A DNA stretch of 64,000 nt from an uncultured Chthonomonadaceae bacterium (GCA_963817895.1 CAWFQB010000005.1:96001-160000); one strand, 5' to 3'; shown: positions 23,259 to 33,800, numbered from the stretch's first letter. Numbers and translations: made by a program. The notes: generated by a model from the letters alone, not told the origin.

Positions 23259-24848
23259 ATGAAAATTCTGATTGCCGAAGACGATCCGATTCCGCGCCGT
23301 TTGCTGCAAGCGTCGCTGACGAAAAGCGGCTATGAGGTGGTGACGGCGCGGGATGGAACTGAGGCGTGGGACGCGCTTCAGGCCGAAGACGCGCCAAAAC
23401 TGGCAATTCTCGACTGGCTGATGCCCGGTATGGACGGCGTGGACGTGTGCCGCCGCGTCCGGCAGCGTTCCAACGCGCCTTACGTGTACATTCTGCTGCT
23501 GACCTCCAAAGACAGGAAAGAGGATGTTGTTACAGGTATGGACGCGGGCGCGGACGACTATTTGACCAAGCCGTTCGACCCCCACGAGTTGCAGGTGCGG
23601 CTTCACGCGGGGCAACGGATTCTGGAACTGGAAGCCGCGCTTGTTCGCTCGTTTGCGGAACTGGAACAGGCGCACCGGCGCGAGGGCGAAACCGGAGCCA
23701 AAATCCAGCAAACGCTGCTGCTGGAATCGCCGCCGCGCGAGTTCGCCGGGATGCAGGTCGCCGCGCTTACGATTCCCTCGCAGCAGATTGACGGCGATTT
23801 TTACGACTTTTTCACGCACCCGAACCCGTATCTGGATGTGGTTGTGGGCGATGTGATGGGTAAGGGGATTGCCGCCGCGCTGCTCGGCGCGGCGATAAAA
23901 AGCCAGTTTTTACGCGCCCTGAGTCACCTGCTGGCGGCAGAGCAGGGACGCTTGCCCGAACCGGAAGTGATCGTTTCTCGCGTCCATGAAGCGGTGACGG
24001 GGCAGTTCATCGGGCTGGAATTTTTTGCCACGTTATGCTACGCCCGCTTTGATCCGGCGCAAAAGCAGGTCACGTTCGTAGACTGCGGGCATACCAAAAC
24101 AATTCGCTTCCGGCCCGCTTCCGGCGCGTGTGAAACGCTGGAAGGTGACAACATGCCGCTTGGCGTCAGCGAAAAAGAGGTGTACCGGGAGTCTGTAATC
24201 GCGTGTGAGGCGGGCGACGTATTCTGTTTTTACTCGGATGGCGTGACCGAAGCCCACAATCCACAGGGCGAACAGTTCGGCGCGGACCGCCTGACCGCTA
24301 TCATTCAGCAGAGTGGGCGGGACGGGGCGCAGGAGTTGATAGACGCCATTCATCGCGCCGTCGTCGCGTTTTCGCAATCGGCAAAGTTCGCGGACGACCT
24401 GACCTGTGTTGTCGTGAAAGTGGGCATGGACAATGCGGACTGTGCCACATTAGAAATAGTAAGCGATCTGGCGCAACTGGCGACTGTCCGCGCGTTCGTG
24501 CGAAATTTCTGCATTGAAAGGTCGCAGGGCAGCCCGGATGAGGAGGGCATTGCGCAACTGGAAATAGCCGTCAACGAGGCGTTGAGCAACATCATCCGCC
24601 ACGCCTACACTGGACAGGCCAATCAGCGCATACAAGCGGAGGCTTCCATAACAAATGAGGGCATCGTCATTGAACTGCATCATTACGGCCTGCCTTTCAG
24701 CCCGGACGCCGCGCCCCCGCCGAGTTTCGACGGTTCCCGCGACGGCGGTTTCGGCGTGTACATGATTGCGCAAAGCGTGGATGCCGTATCCTACTCTCAG
24801 GACGCGGACGGACGGAATACGATTCGGCTGGTGAAGGGGATGAGATAG
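23259..24848 (+). CDS. REC - PP2C/SpoIIE phosphatase - anti-sigma kinase fusion
   Basis: REC N-terminus; GDFYD, GDVMGKG, YSDGVTEA, DDLT; E...NIIRHAY, GGFG. Confidence 0.92.
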   Translation: MKILIAEDDPIPRRLLQASLTKSGYEVVTARDGTEAWDALQAEDAPKLAILDWLMPGMDGVDVCRRVRQRSNAPYVYILLLTSKDRKEDVVTGMDAGADDYLTKPFDPHELQVRLHAGQRILELEAALVRSFAELEQAHRREGETGAKIQQTLLLESPPREFAGMQVAALTIPSQQIDGDFYDFFTHPNPYLDVVVGDVMGKGIAAALLGAAIKSQFLRALSHLLAAEQGRLPEPEVIVSRVHEAVTGQFIGLEFFATLCYARFDPAQKQVTFVDCGHTKTIRFRPASGACETLEGDNMPLGVSEKEVYRESVIACEAGDVFCFYSDGVTEAHNPQGEQFGADRLTAIIQQSGRDGAQELIDAIHRAVVAFSQSAKFADDLTCVVVKVGMDNADCATLEIVSDLAQLATVRAFVRNFCIERSQGSPDEEGIAQLEIAVNEALSNIIRHAYTGQANQRIQAEASITNEGIVIELHHYGLPFSPDAAPPPSFDGSRDGGFGVYMIAQSVDAVSYSQDADGRNTIRLVKGMR

Positions 24849-24849
24849 G

Positions 24850-24958
24850 TCGGTATTCGGTGTTCGGTGTTGGGTGTTCGGTAAATACACAATTCAAAGA
24901 CTTACATCGTATGGTATAGGCATTAGCCGAATACCCAACACCGAACACCGAATACCGA
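24850..24958. repeat. Inverted tandem-array hairpin, unit GGTGTTC/GAACACC
   Basis: Arms mirror each other, including variant units. Confidence 0.92.
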
Positions 24959-24974
24959 TGAAAGGACTAAAAAT

Positions 24975-25313
24975 ATGGAACTGGCAAAAGAGCAAGAGGG
25001 CGAAGTCGTGATTGTCACGCCGCAGGGGGAGTTTCTGGACGCGAGCAATGCGGAGCAATTCAAGCGGGACAGCGCGGCGTTGCTGGCAGGCAGTGCGCGC
25101 GTCGTGTTCGACATGAGCCGACTGCAATTTGTAGACAGCGCGGGGTTGGGCGCGTTGCTGTCGTGTATGCGCAAACTCAGCGGCGCGGGCGGCGACTTGA
25201 AACTGATCGGGCTTACCAAACCGGTACGCGCCACCTTTGAAGTCTCGCGGATGCACCGTATTTTCGACATTTACACGTCAAAAGAAGAAGCTGTCAAAGC
25301 GTTTGAAGCCTAA
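24975..25313 (+). CDS. STAS anti-sigma factor antagonist
   Basis: GEFLDASNA, FVDSAGLGAL phospho-Ser motif. Confidence 0.93.
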   Translation: MELAKEQEGEVVIVTPQGEFLDASNAEQFKRDSAALLAGSARVVFDMSRLQFVDSAGLGALLSCMRKLSGAGGDLKLIGLTKPVRATFEVSRMHRIFDIYTSKEEAVKAFEA

Positions 25314-25352
25314 TATTATCAAGTTAATTTGTATCGCGAGAGGAAAAACACA

Positions 25353-26981
25353 ATGGCATCGGACGCTGAAACCCCTCACTCTTTTTCTGACGCTGACATG
25401 TCGCCTGCTGACAGCATATTGGAGGGAATGGACGCGCTGACGCCGCTTATGGAGCGACCGGAACAGCCCTGCGCGTTCATCATTTTCGGCGCGAGCGGGG
25501 ATTTGACGAGCCGTAAACTGATTCCCGCGCTGTACAATCTTTCCTGTCAGGATTTGCTGCCGCCCGGTTTCGCCATTGTCGGGTTCGCGATTACCGCGTG
25601 GGATGATGAGAGTTTTCGCAGTCAGATGCGGCAATGGGTGAAGGACTCGCCCGAAGTGCTGGCGTTTCGGCCCAAATTGTGGGAGGAGTTCGCGCCCCTG
25701 CTGCATTATGTTTCGGGCAATTTCGAGAGTCCTGAAGGCTACGAAAAGCTGAACGCGCGACTGAATGAACTGGATCAGGAACACGGCTGCGGCGGCAATC
25801 GCGTGTTTTATCTCGCCACATCGCCCACCTTCTACGCGCCTATTGTCGCCAATCTGGACAGGCACAAACTTTCCGGCAGGGAAACGGCAAGCGGCTGGAC
25901 GCGCGTTGTCGTGGAAAAACCGTTCGGGCGCGATCTGCTGTCCGCGCAGGAGTTGAATATTCGCCTGCACGACGTTTTTAGAGAAGAGCAGATTTACCGC
26001 ATTGACCACTATTTAGGCAAGGAAACGGTTCAGAACATCCTCGCGTTTCGCTTCGCCAATTCTATCATCGAACCCATCTGGAACCACCGCTATATTGACC
26101 ACGTTCAGATAACGGCTGCGGAAACGCTGGGCGTGGAGCATCGGGGCGGGTACTATGACCAGTCCGGCTGTCTGCGCGACATGTTTCAAAACCACTTGTT
26201 TCAATTGATGTCCCTCGTTGCTATGGAACCGCCCGTGCGCTATGCGGGGCAGTCCGTGCGCGACCGCAAGGCCGATGTGCTGCGCGCGGTTGTTCCCGTC
26301 AATCCTGAAAGGCTCGCGTTATCCGCTGTGCGCGGGCAGTATGGGCCGGGGAGAGTGGACGGCATAGCCGTACCCGGCTATCGCGAAGAACCGGACATCG
26401 CGCCCAATTCCCGAACGGAAACCTACGCCGCCCTGAAACTGCGCATTGACAACTGGCGGTGGGCGGACGTGCCGTTCTACATCCGTTCCGGTAAGCGGAT
26501 GCCTAAAAAATTGACGCTGATCGCCATCGAATTCAAGCGCGTGCCGCACATGTTCTTTCCGAGCAAACAGCAGGGCAATCTGGAGCCGAACGTGCTGATG
26601 ATTAAAATTCAGCCGGACGAGGGCATTTCGCTGAAACTGGGAGCCAAAATGCCGGGTTCCAAAATGTTCGTGCGGCAGATGCAGATGGAATTTTCCTATG
26701 GCGCGTCGTTCGGCGAATTTCCCGCGACGGCGTATGAAACCCTGCTGTTAGACGCGATGGAGGGCGACCCGACCCTGTTCAATCGCAGCGATGCGGTAGA
26801 ACTGGCGTGGGATATTCTCTCGCCCATTCAGGAAACGTGGCAGGCGACTCGCGCGACCACGCTTCCTAACTATGCGGCGGGAACCTGGGGGCCAGATACT
26901 TCTACCGCCCTGCTTGCCGAAGCCGGACACGTCTGGAAAAACAACTCGGCATTGCCGCGTTTCCAGATGACCGGCGGGTAG
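25353..26981 (+). CDS. zwf: Glucose-6-phosphate 1-dehydrogenase
   Basis: IFGASGDL, EKPFG, RIDHYLGKETVQN. Confidence 0.97.
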   Translation: MASDAETPHSFSDADMSPADSILEGMDALTPLMERPEQPCAFIIFGASGDLTSRKLIPALYNLSCQDLLPPGFAIVGFAITAWDDESFRSQMRQWVKDSPEVLAFRPKLWEEFAPLLHYVSGNFESPEGYEKLNARLNELDQEHGCGGNRVFYLATSPTFYAPIVANLDRHKLSGRETASGWTRVVVEKPFGRDLLSAQELNIRLHDVFREEQIYRIDHYLGKETVQNILAFRFANSIIEPIWNHRYIDHVQITAAETLGVEHRGGYYDQSGCLRDMFQNHLFQLMSLVAMEPPVRYAGQSVRDRKADVLRAVVPVNPERLALSAVRGQYGPGRVDGIAVPGYREEPDIAPNSRTETYAALKLRIDNWRWADVPFYIRSGKRMPKKLTLIAIEFKRVPHMFFPSKQQGNLEPNVLMIKIQPDEGISLKLGAKMPGSKMFVRQMQMEFSYGASFGEFPATAYETLLLDAMEGDPTLFNRSDAVELAWDILSPIQETWQATRATTLPNYAAGTWGPDTSTALLAEAGHVWKNNSALPRFQMTGG

Positions 26982-26986
26982 GAGAG

Positions 26987-27598
26987 TTACGGCTTGCTGC
27001 TGTTGCTGCTTGCCTTTGTCGGCGAAGGCATTATGGCGGAAACCGTTCCGTTTTTATCGAAATCCTTGCCAAATGCAATCTGCGCTGTACCTGTCGCGCC
27101 GGAAACGCCCGGTACGGCAATCGTCGGGGGAGAACTGTAACCGGAGCCGCCAGCGGTAACTACGTATTTCGTAACTACGCCATCCTTGATTACGGCATAA
27201 GCGGTTGCGGGTTTTATGGGCCAGATTTCATTGCGGCTGCGAACGTAACGATAATAGTTGGATACCGTATCCAACCGCTCATTGGTAACGCCGTACCGGC
27301 GAAGCGCGTTCATCAGCGCGGCCTTGTTGTCGCGGGCCTGCTGCGGGTCCGGCTGCGTTCCCGCCGGGGCCGGATGAACATGGCTGAACGCCTCTCGGAA
27401 CACCTCTGAAGGGACGCCAAGCGCGGCGGCAATCAGAATCACGGGCCGGCCCCGATCTTTCCCCTCTGTCTCATGCCCCCCTGAAAAGACGACCGGTGTT
27501 TGTGTCGTGGCGGGGCTTTTTTCGGTTTGCCCTTTGGCGGTTCCCACAGCAAGCAAGGCGAGGAGAACAAAGAGTAATCGCGCTCGAAACGGTTTCAT
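26987..27598 (-). CDS. Hypothetical secreted protein
   Basis: Signal peptide; GGSGYSSPPTI motif; AAAGGA RBS. Confidence 0.7.
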   Translation of the reverse strand: MKPFRARLLFVLLALLAVGTAKGQTEKSPATTQTPVVFSGGHETEGKDRGRPVILIAAALGVPSEVFREAFSHVHPAPAGTQPDPQQARDNKAALMNALRRYGVTNERLDTVSNYYRYVRSRNEIWPIKPATAYAVIKDGVVTKYVVTAGGSGYSSPPTIAVPGVSGATGTAQIAFGKDFDKNGTVSAIMPSPTKASSNSSKP

Positions 27599-27733
27599 AC
27601 AGGTATCCTTTCATATCGTGGAAGGCGCGTTCGGGTTATGGACGCAGAGAAAGTGTTCAGATCGTTCCTGAATGTCATAGTAACACGACGAGATGAAAAT
27701 AGGATGAAAGAAGGGGATATTTTTGTCGCAAAA

Positions 27734-27770
27734 CGAACCGGCTTCTCATAGAGCATGAGAAGCCGGTTCG
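27734..27770 (-). terminator. Intrinsic terminator-like hairpin
   Basis: 16-bp perfect stem followed by TTTT on the minus strand. Confidence 0.6.
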
Positions 27771-27832
27771 GGAATGAAAAAATAAGAGCGGGAACGTAGA
27801 TACAGCAGGAACAGAACAGGAACAGAAACGCA

Positions 27833-28120
27833 TCAGGAGTGTGTCACCGCAAGGCGAGATTGAATCGGAAACAGGAGCGATCTTGACATGTTCGCGGAGG
27901 AAGATTCTTCCGGTGAAGAATAAGAAACCTCCTGCAAAGCGGCTTGTTCGCACAGCGCGTGATAGTGCGATGTCAGCGCGGGACGCCGTTTGCGCAATTC
28001 CGCAAGATGCTTTTCACACAGGTATTCTTCCACATCGGGTACGTTGAGGAAGACGGGAGAGAGTTGCCAGCAGGCGTGAGCAGAACAGCCGATCACGCCA
28101 CAGGGTTGGTGGTGCGTCAA
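27833..28120 (-). CDS. Small Cys/His-rich hypothetical protein (start uncertain)
   Basis: CGVIGC...LCEKH; GAAAGG upstream of a TTG. Confidence 0.35.
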   Translation of the reverse strand: MTHHQPCGVIGCSAHACWQLSPVFLNVPDVEEYLCEKHLAELRKRRPALTSHYHALCEQAALQEVSYSSPEESSSANMSRSLLFPIQSRLAVTHS

Positions 28121-28375
28121 ATGGGTAGTGCCTTTCGAGTTCACGAGAAAACAGTGGTTCGTGACGCTACAGGACGACAGGGTTCGGGCAGGCGAAAGCG
28201 GCTTCAAAACCGTCCGGGTACTTCGTGGTAGGGGAGGATACAAACATTATAACACGAAAATCTGGAACTCTTGATACTATTTTCGGAAACCCCGCAATCC
28301 AAAATCAGGGAAATATGGAAATCAGTGAAGAGCTGCAACGCGCGGCGGAAGGAATTAATGTATTCAGGAGAAACA

Positions 28376-29419
28376 ATGCGTGATTTAACGACAGACTTCC
28401 CCGGCTATGAAGGGTTTCTGCGTGACTTGAAACAGCGTATTCAGGCCGCGCAGATCAAGGCGGCAGTGGCCGTCAACAGCGAACTGGTTCTGCTGTACTC
28501 CTGCATTGGGCGTGATATTCTGGCGCGGCAAGCCGAGCAGGGATGGGGAGCCAAAGTAATCAACCGGCTTTCTGCCGACCTTCAGCGAGAGTTTCCAGAG
28601 ATGAAAGGCTTCTCGCCGCGCAACCTCGTTTATATGCAAACGCTGGCAGGCGCTTACTCCGAAGCATTTACGCAACAGGCTGTTGCGCGAATTCCCTGGG
28701 GCCATAACTGTACTATTTTGGACAAAGTCACGGGACCGGCAGAACGGGAATGGTACGTCCGCGCGGTGATGGAGTACGGCTGGAGCCGCAACGTTCTGGC
28801 GCATCAGATTGAGACAAAACTGCGCGAACGGCAGGGAAAAGCGATCACCAACTTCGAGCGCACACTGCCCGCCCCGCAGTCTAATTTGGCGCAACAGGTA
28901 TTAAAAGACCCATTCAATTTCGATTTTCTGACGCTCCATAAGGACGCCCGCGAACGGGAATTGCAGGACGGCCTTGTAAACCATGTTCGGCAGTTTTTGC
29001 TGGAGTTGGGAAAGGGTTTTGCGTTTGTCGGCAGTCCGTATCGCCTGACGGTGGGCGGCGACGAGTTTGAAATTGATCTGCTGTTTTATCACCTGCATCT
29101 GCGCTGTTACGTCGTCATTGACCTGAAAATTGGGAAGTTCTCGCCGGAGGACGCCGGACAGATGAACTTCTATTTGTCGGCGGCGGATGATCTGCTTCGG
29201 CACGGGGACGACGCGCCCAGTATCGGCCTCATTTTGTGCAAATCGAAAAACGAAGTAGTCGCGGAGTACGCGCTGCGGGACGTGAACAAGCCGATAGGGA
29301 TAGCCACCCATCTGACGCGCGAGATTGAGGCGTCGCTGCCGCAGGAATTTCAATATAGCCTGCCAACCGTCGAAGAGATTGAGGCGGAACTGGCGACAAA
29401 TGAAATGAAAGCGGGGTGA
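28376..29419 (+). CDS. DUF1016 / YhcG PD-(D/E)XK nuclease-domain protein
   Basis: WGAKVI..LS.DL, GFSPRNL, FLLELGKGFAFVG, IDLLFYH, VVIDLK, GQMNFYL. Confidence 0.95.
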   Translation: MRDLTTDFPGYEGFLRDLKQRIQAAQIKAAVAVNSELVLLYSCIGRDILARQAEQGWGAKVINRLSADLQREFPEMKGFSPRNLVYMQTLAGAYSEAFTQQAVARIPWGHNCTILDKVTGPAEREWYVRAVMEYGWSRNVLAHQIETKLRERQGKAITNFERTLPAPQSNLAQQVLKDPFNFDFLTLHKDARERELQDGLVNHVRQFLLELGKGFAFVGSPYRLTVGGDEFEIDLLFYHLHLRCYVVIDLKIGKFSPEDAGQMNFYLSAADDLLRHGDDAPSIGLILCKSKNEVVAEYALRDVNKPIGIATHLTREIEASLPQEFQYSLPTVEEIEAELATNEMKAG

Positions 29420-29605
29420 ACACGCCTGCGAAGGAAAAGAATTGCGCATCACCATCGCAATTTGTGGGTTAAATATTATTTGAAATTTACTGCAAAAGCA
29501 GGAATATGGTGTTCGAGGGCGAATAATCCCTCTGTCATTGCGGTATTTTCCGCATACATGACTACTTGTGCCGCAAAGAATCCTGCTTCTGAGGCAGAAT
29601 TCTAA

Positions 29606-30297
29606 GTTGTGCTAATGCGCGTAACTTTATGCCGGGGCCAGTAGTTTGCGCTATGATTTTTCTTAAATCGGACGATACTTTCACATGAACATTCCTATTC
29701 CTGTATGGGTCGCAATTGTAGGGGCTGCTTCTGCTATAGTTGTGGCTCTTATTCAACGGGGTAAAAATAAGGATGCCCCGGCTTCTGCTCAGGCTCAGGT
29801 TCAAATCCATCGGGTTCAGGGGAAGATTGAGGAGCCAAAGCCGGATGAGGTTGTAACAAGAAGAATCGAATGCTCTGGCTCTGCATCTGACCTCTCTTCG
29901 GGGCTGCATCTATGGTTGGTCGTAGAAGTGAACGGTTTAATTTGGCCTAAAGAGGGCGAAGTTACTGTGGACGGTAATGGTCAATGGTCAAAGACCATTT
30001 TTGAAGATGGGGCCATTGATAAGTTTTCAATATCCTTGCTTGTGGCTAATAAGGATGCTCACAAAGCTGTTGAGCAATGGTTTCAGCAGGGACAACGAAC
30101 CGGACAATATGAGAGACTTGCAAAAATATTCGGAACACAGCGTATAGACCGAGTAGATGGTCTCTGTCTGAGAAACAGGTGTTGATTAAGGCAGATTAAC
30201 AGCGGCACAACAAGGCGCTACACCTGACCGCCTACAGCCCTGCGCTCGTTCCTCGCTGCGTGTCGCTCCGGCTTCCGGCGGCAGGTGAGCTTGCTTG
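29606..30297 (+). mobile_element. Isolated integron-type gene cassette
   Basis: GTTGTGC at 29606 is complementary to R'' GCACAAC at 30205; attC-like fold at 30205-30297; AT-richer ORF inside. Confidence 0.75.
29685..30185 (+). CDS. Hypothetical cassette protein (N-terminal TM, beta-rich domain)
   Basis: 166 aa ORF with a T-ending codon style unlike its neighbours. Confidence 0.7.
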   Translation: MNIPIPVWVAIVGAASAIVVALIQRGKNKDAPASAQAQVQIHRVQGKIEEPKPDEVVTRRIECSGSASDLSSGLHLWLVVEVNGLIWPKEGEVTVDGNGQWSKTIFEDGAIDKFSISLLVANKDAHKAVEQWFQQGQRTGQYERLAKIFGTQRIDRVDGLCLRNRC

Positions 30298-30557
30298 GCC
30301 GGGCTCATGTTGATGGGTATGATTGCCGCTGTTGGCTCCGGTGGTTGATGAGGGAACGCGCGCGATTCGCGTTTCCTTTTCTATTTAGCGCTTGCAGAGG
30401 ACAATTCCGCAGCGACAAGGCGCGTTTACGCCTGTAACCTCCACATTACGGCAATTGACTGCGTTTTGCAGTCATCAAGACGCAGCAACTATACGCGGCG
30501 GTTCCGGTATATAACTCACCACATTGCTGTATAATGAGGGCAGGAGGCAAGACGACA

Positions 30558-30872
30558 ATGACCATTACTTTAATACTGGAAACAGAAACGCGGCTGCGTC
30601 AGAAGGCCGAACGGGAAGGGCAGGACATCAACGCTGTTGCTGACACCTTATTATTGATGTGGAAACCGGGGATTACGACATTGAAGATTTAGGGTTGGAA
30701 GCGTCACATCACCTCCACGCCAAACACCTGGATGCCGCGCTTTATGGCATCCGCATTGGCTATAATGTGGCTACAACGTTTGGCGGCTTGATGGAGCGCG
30801 TCACCCGATGATGACAGGAACCGTCTATAATCGGCAGTTGCTTGTTGCGGTTACGCTTCGCCGCCCCGGTAA
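30558..30872 (+). pseudogene. Degraded copy of the small-protein + aspartyl-protease pair
   Basis: IDVETGDY...H.DAALYGIRIGYN...FGG resembles 50835-51110; ATGA overlap into a truncated MMTGTV... ORF. Confidence 0.75.
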
Positions 30873-30879
30873 GAAAATT

Positions 30880-30929
30880 AAAGCGGCGAGGAAAGGGCAA
30901 TCTTGCAAATGCCTTTCCCCGCCGCTTTT
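30880..30929. terminator. Bidirectional terminator-like hairpin
   Basis: aaagcggcgaggaaagg...cctttccccgccgctttt. Confidence 0.6.
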
Positions 30930-30972
30930 GACTGCTATCCTGTTGGTATCCGCGTTACAGATCGCTTTGCGC

Positions 30973-31954
30973 TTAACTGCGGGCGGGGGATGTGTCTACC
31001 TGCGTGATTGTCCAGCGGTCATTGACGCGCTCCAGCACGACGCACAGGTATACGGTACGACTCACCCCGCTCTGGTCCTGATAGGAGTGTTTGGCGAATA
31101 CCTGATACACGCCATTCCCTCGCGGGTGGACGCGATACGCGCTGAAATTCGTCGTATGCGCGCTGCGCAGGAAGTCGCGGGTCATGTCCAGATAATCGTT
31201 GGGATTGAGCGAATACTCGTAACGCCCCTTTGCGAAGACCGAGATATTGGCGGCGGGATCGGTCAGCGGAGCCAATAGCGCGATGTCATCGTTGCGGAAC
31301 GCATCCTCCATGTCGTAGACCGCGCGCTTCAAATCCGGGTCGTCGCGCCAGCGTTCGTCTTCGCGGTGGTTCAGATAGTAGTCGTCCCGGCCCTCGCCAT
31401 ACGTCCGGTACTCGCCCCGCGTGTAGATGGGAACATCAATGAACACGCGGCGGGGCGCGGCAATGATGACCGCGCTGCGCTCGATGTAGGGCGGGAAAAT
31501 GCCCACGTAGAAGCTAAACGGCGAAATCACTGTGCGGCCAAAGTCCCGGCCCACCGCGTAGTGCGGGTAGGAGTAGTAGTGATGCGGGAAATAGGCGTCG
31601 AAACGATGGTCGGTATAGGTCGCCCCCCGGCGCAGCGTCACGCCGTTATCGAAGCGGCGGCCCTCATCAGAGTGCGTAAACCGGACATGGCTTTCGTCGC
31701 GCGTTCGGCGGACTTCATCGCGGGTAACATCGTGACGGTCACGAGTAAGCGTTGCCCCGGTCATTGCTTCTATCATTTCCCCTGTCGCCACCTCTGTCGC
31801 GGGTATCATCCCGTCTGTCCCCGCCTCTATCGCGGCCTCTGTCCTGCGCGTGAACGATGGACGGCGCGGCCAGAGAGACGCCAGTTATGCAGGCAAGCGC
31901 AAGGGGCAGCAAAGCCCCGGTTCCGGCGCGGAAGTTTATAGTTTTGTGTCGCAT
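30973..31954 (-). CDS. Hypothetical secreted protein with RG/D-rich N-terminus (frameshift near 31800)
   Basis: Signal peptide plus DRGGDR repeats in one frame, globular domain in another; GAGGTG RBS. Confidence 0.65.
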
Positions 31955-32302
31955 TGAATTCACCTCTTGATACAAGTTTGGCAGTATGCGCGTCAGGGCG
32001 CATACTGAGTTGGGCATACAAGTTTCATGCCTGCCTTATACTACAAGAACGAGCGCCGTTATGGTTCGTGACAGCAAATGGCAGCCAATCTGAAATCGAA
32101 AATCTAATTCCGTCCCACTTTTTAACGCCAATTTCAAAATACGCAAGGGAAACGCCCCCTCTCTGGAGAATACTCCCACAACAACCGCAGCACAGCCACT
32201 TTGCGGCACGGACGCGCGTTTCCCTGTTCTTCCCCGTGTTCCCCGTGGTTATATTCTAATTCCTGCGGTTTACATTTCGATTGCGAGGTTGCAAATACTC
32301 TT

Positions 32303-33763
32303 ATGCCCGATACCCTGCCCAACATCGTTCTGTTCGGCATTGATTCGCTGCTTGCCGACCACATGAGCTGCTACGGCTACAATCGCCAGACGACGCCGCA
32401 CATAGATAAGTTCGCCGAATCCGGCGCGCTGTTCGAGCGTACCTACAGCGCCCACATTCCGACCACGAGCGCGTATTCCTCCATGCTGACCGGCATGGAT
32501 TGCTTTACCACGCAGGTTGTCGCGCTGCGGCACCGGGGCGGATTGCGCAAAGAGGTAAGCACGCTTCCCGAAATCCTGCGCGACACGGGCTATAACACCA
32601 CCTGCGTCGGCTTCACGGGCAATCCCGCGTCACGCGGCTTCGACAAGTACATGGACTATCCCGGCTGGGGAAGCTGGAACGAGGGCCGCAGCCCCAAAGC
32701 GCAAACCCTCAACGACGTAGCCCTACCGGAACTCGATAGGCTTGTGGGCGAACAAAAAACGGAAGGCAAGCCGTTCTTCCTGTTCCTGCGGCACATGGAC
32801 CCTCACGCGCCGTATCTGCCGCCCGCGCCCTACGAGCGCATGTTCTATCACGGCAACGAAACCGACCCGAACAACAAAAGCATGGAACCCGTGATGGCGT
32901 TCAAGCCGTTTCGGGACTTTTTCGCCAGCTGGATGCCGCCCGGGATTTCGGATAAGGATTACGTGATTGCGCAATACGACGGCGCGATTGCCTACATGGA
33001 CGCCTGTATTCAATCCATTTTCACGGCTCTGGAAGCGCATGGCATTGTGGACGAAACCATTGTGGTGTTGAACGGGGATCACGGCGAAACGCTGTACGAC
33101 CACGAGTGCTGGTTCGATCATCACGGCATCTATGACAACACGCTGCACGTTCCGCTGATTATCCGCTATCCGGGCAAGGTTCCCGCCGGCAAGCGCGTGT
33201 CCGAGTACAATCAGCACAAAGACCTCGTGCCGACCCTGCTGGAACTTATCGGAATCAGCCCGCAAGATATTTTTGGAACCGGCACAGACCTTGACTTCGA
33301 CGGCAAAAGCCTGCTGCCTCTGGTAAACGGCGAACAGGGCGAACGCGAAACCGAGTTTTACATTACGGAATGTACGTGGATGCGCAAGCACGGCTGGCGA
33401 ACCCCGGATTACAAACTCATCCTTGCGCTTGAACCCGATTTCCACTTCAAGCCGATGGTGGAACTCTACGACCTGAAAGCCGACCCCGCCGAAAACAATA
33501 ACATCGCGGAACAACATCCTGAAATAGTAGCCGACCTCCGCGCCCGCATGGAAGCCCATATCGCGAAGCGCGAACAGGAAACCGACCTGCCCAATCCCAT
33601 GCTGACGCAGGGCGACTGGCACGGACACGTGGGCATCGGGCCGTTTACCAGTTCGCAGCAGGCTTACGATACTATGCACATCGGCGACCCGACGCAAGCA
33701 GCGAAGTTACAGGCGAAATCACGCGATGAAGAGCCGAAAGACCAGCCGCCGCCCATGAAATAG
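32303..33763 (+). CDS. Sulfatase / alkaline-phosphatase superfamily hydrolase
   Basis: PNIVLFGIDSL, TTPHID, DPHAPY, YDG.I.Y.D, GDHGE, HVPLII, ELYDL..DP.E. Confidence 0.92.
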   Translation: MPDTLPNIVLFGIDSLLADHMSCYGYNRQTTPHIDKFAESGALFERTYSAHIPTTSAYSSMLTGMDCFTTQVVALRHRGGLRKEVSTLPEILRDTGYNTTCVGFTGNPASRGFDKYMDYPGWGSWNEGRSPKAQTLNDVALPELDRLVGEQKTEGKPFFLFLRHMDPHAPYLPPAPYERMFYHGNETDPNNKSMEPVMAFKPFRDFFASWMPPGISDKDYVIAQYDGAIAYMDACIQSIFTALEAHGIVDETIVVLNGDHGETLYDHECWFDHHGIYDNTLHVPLIIRYPGKVPAGKRVSEYNQHKDLVPTLLELIGISPQDIFGTGTDLDFDGKSLLPLVNGEQGERETEFYITECTWMRKHGWRTPDYKLILALEPDFHFKPMVELYDLKADPAENNNIAEQHPEIVADLRARMEAHIAKREQETDLPNPMLTQGDWHGHVGIGPFTSSQQAYDTMHIGDPTQAAKLQAKSRDEEPKDQPPPMK

Positions 33764-33800
33764 ACGGAAATCATCCGCCTGTTTGTGCTTGCTCTGTCAA

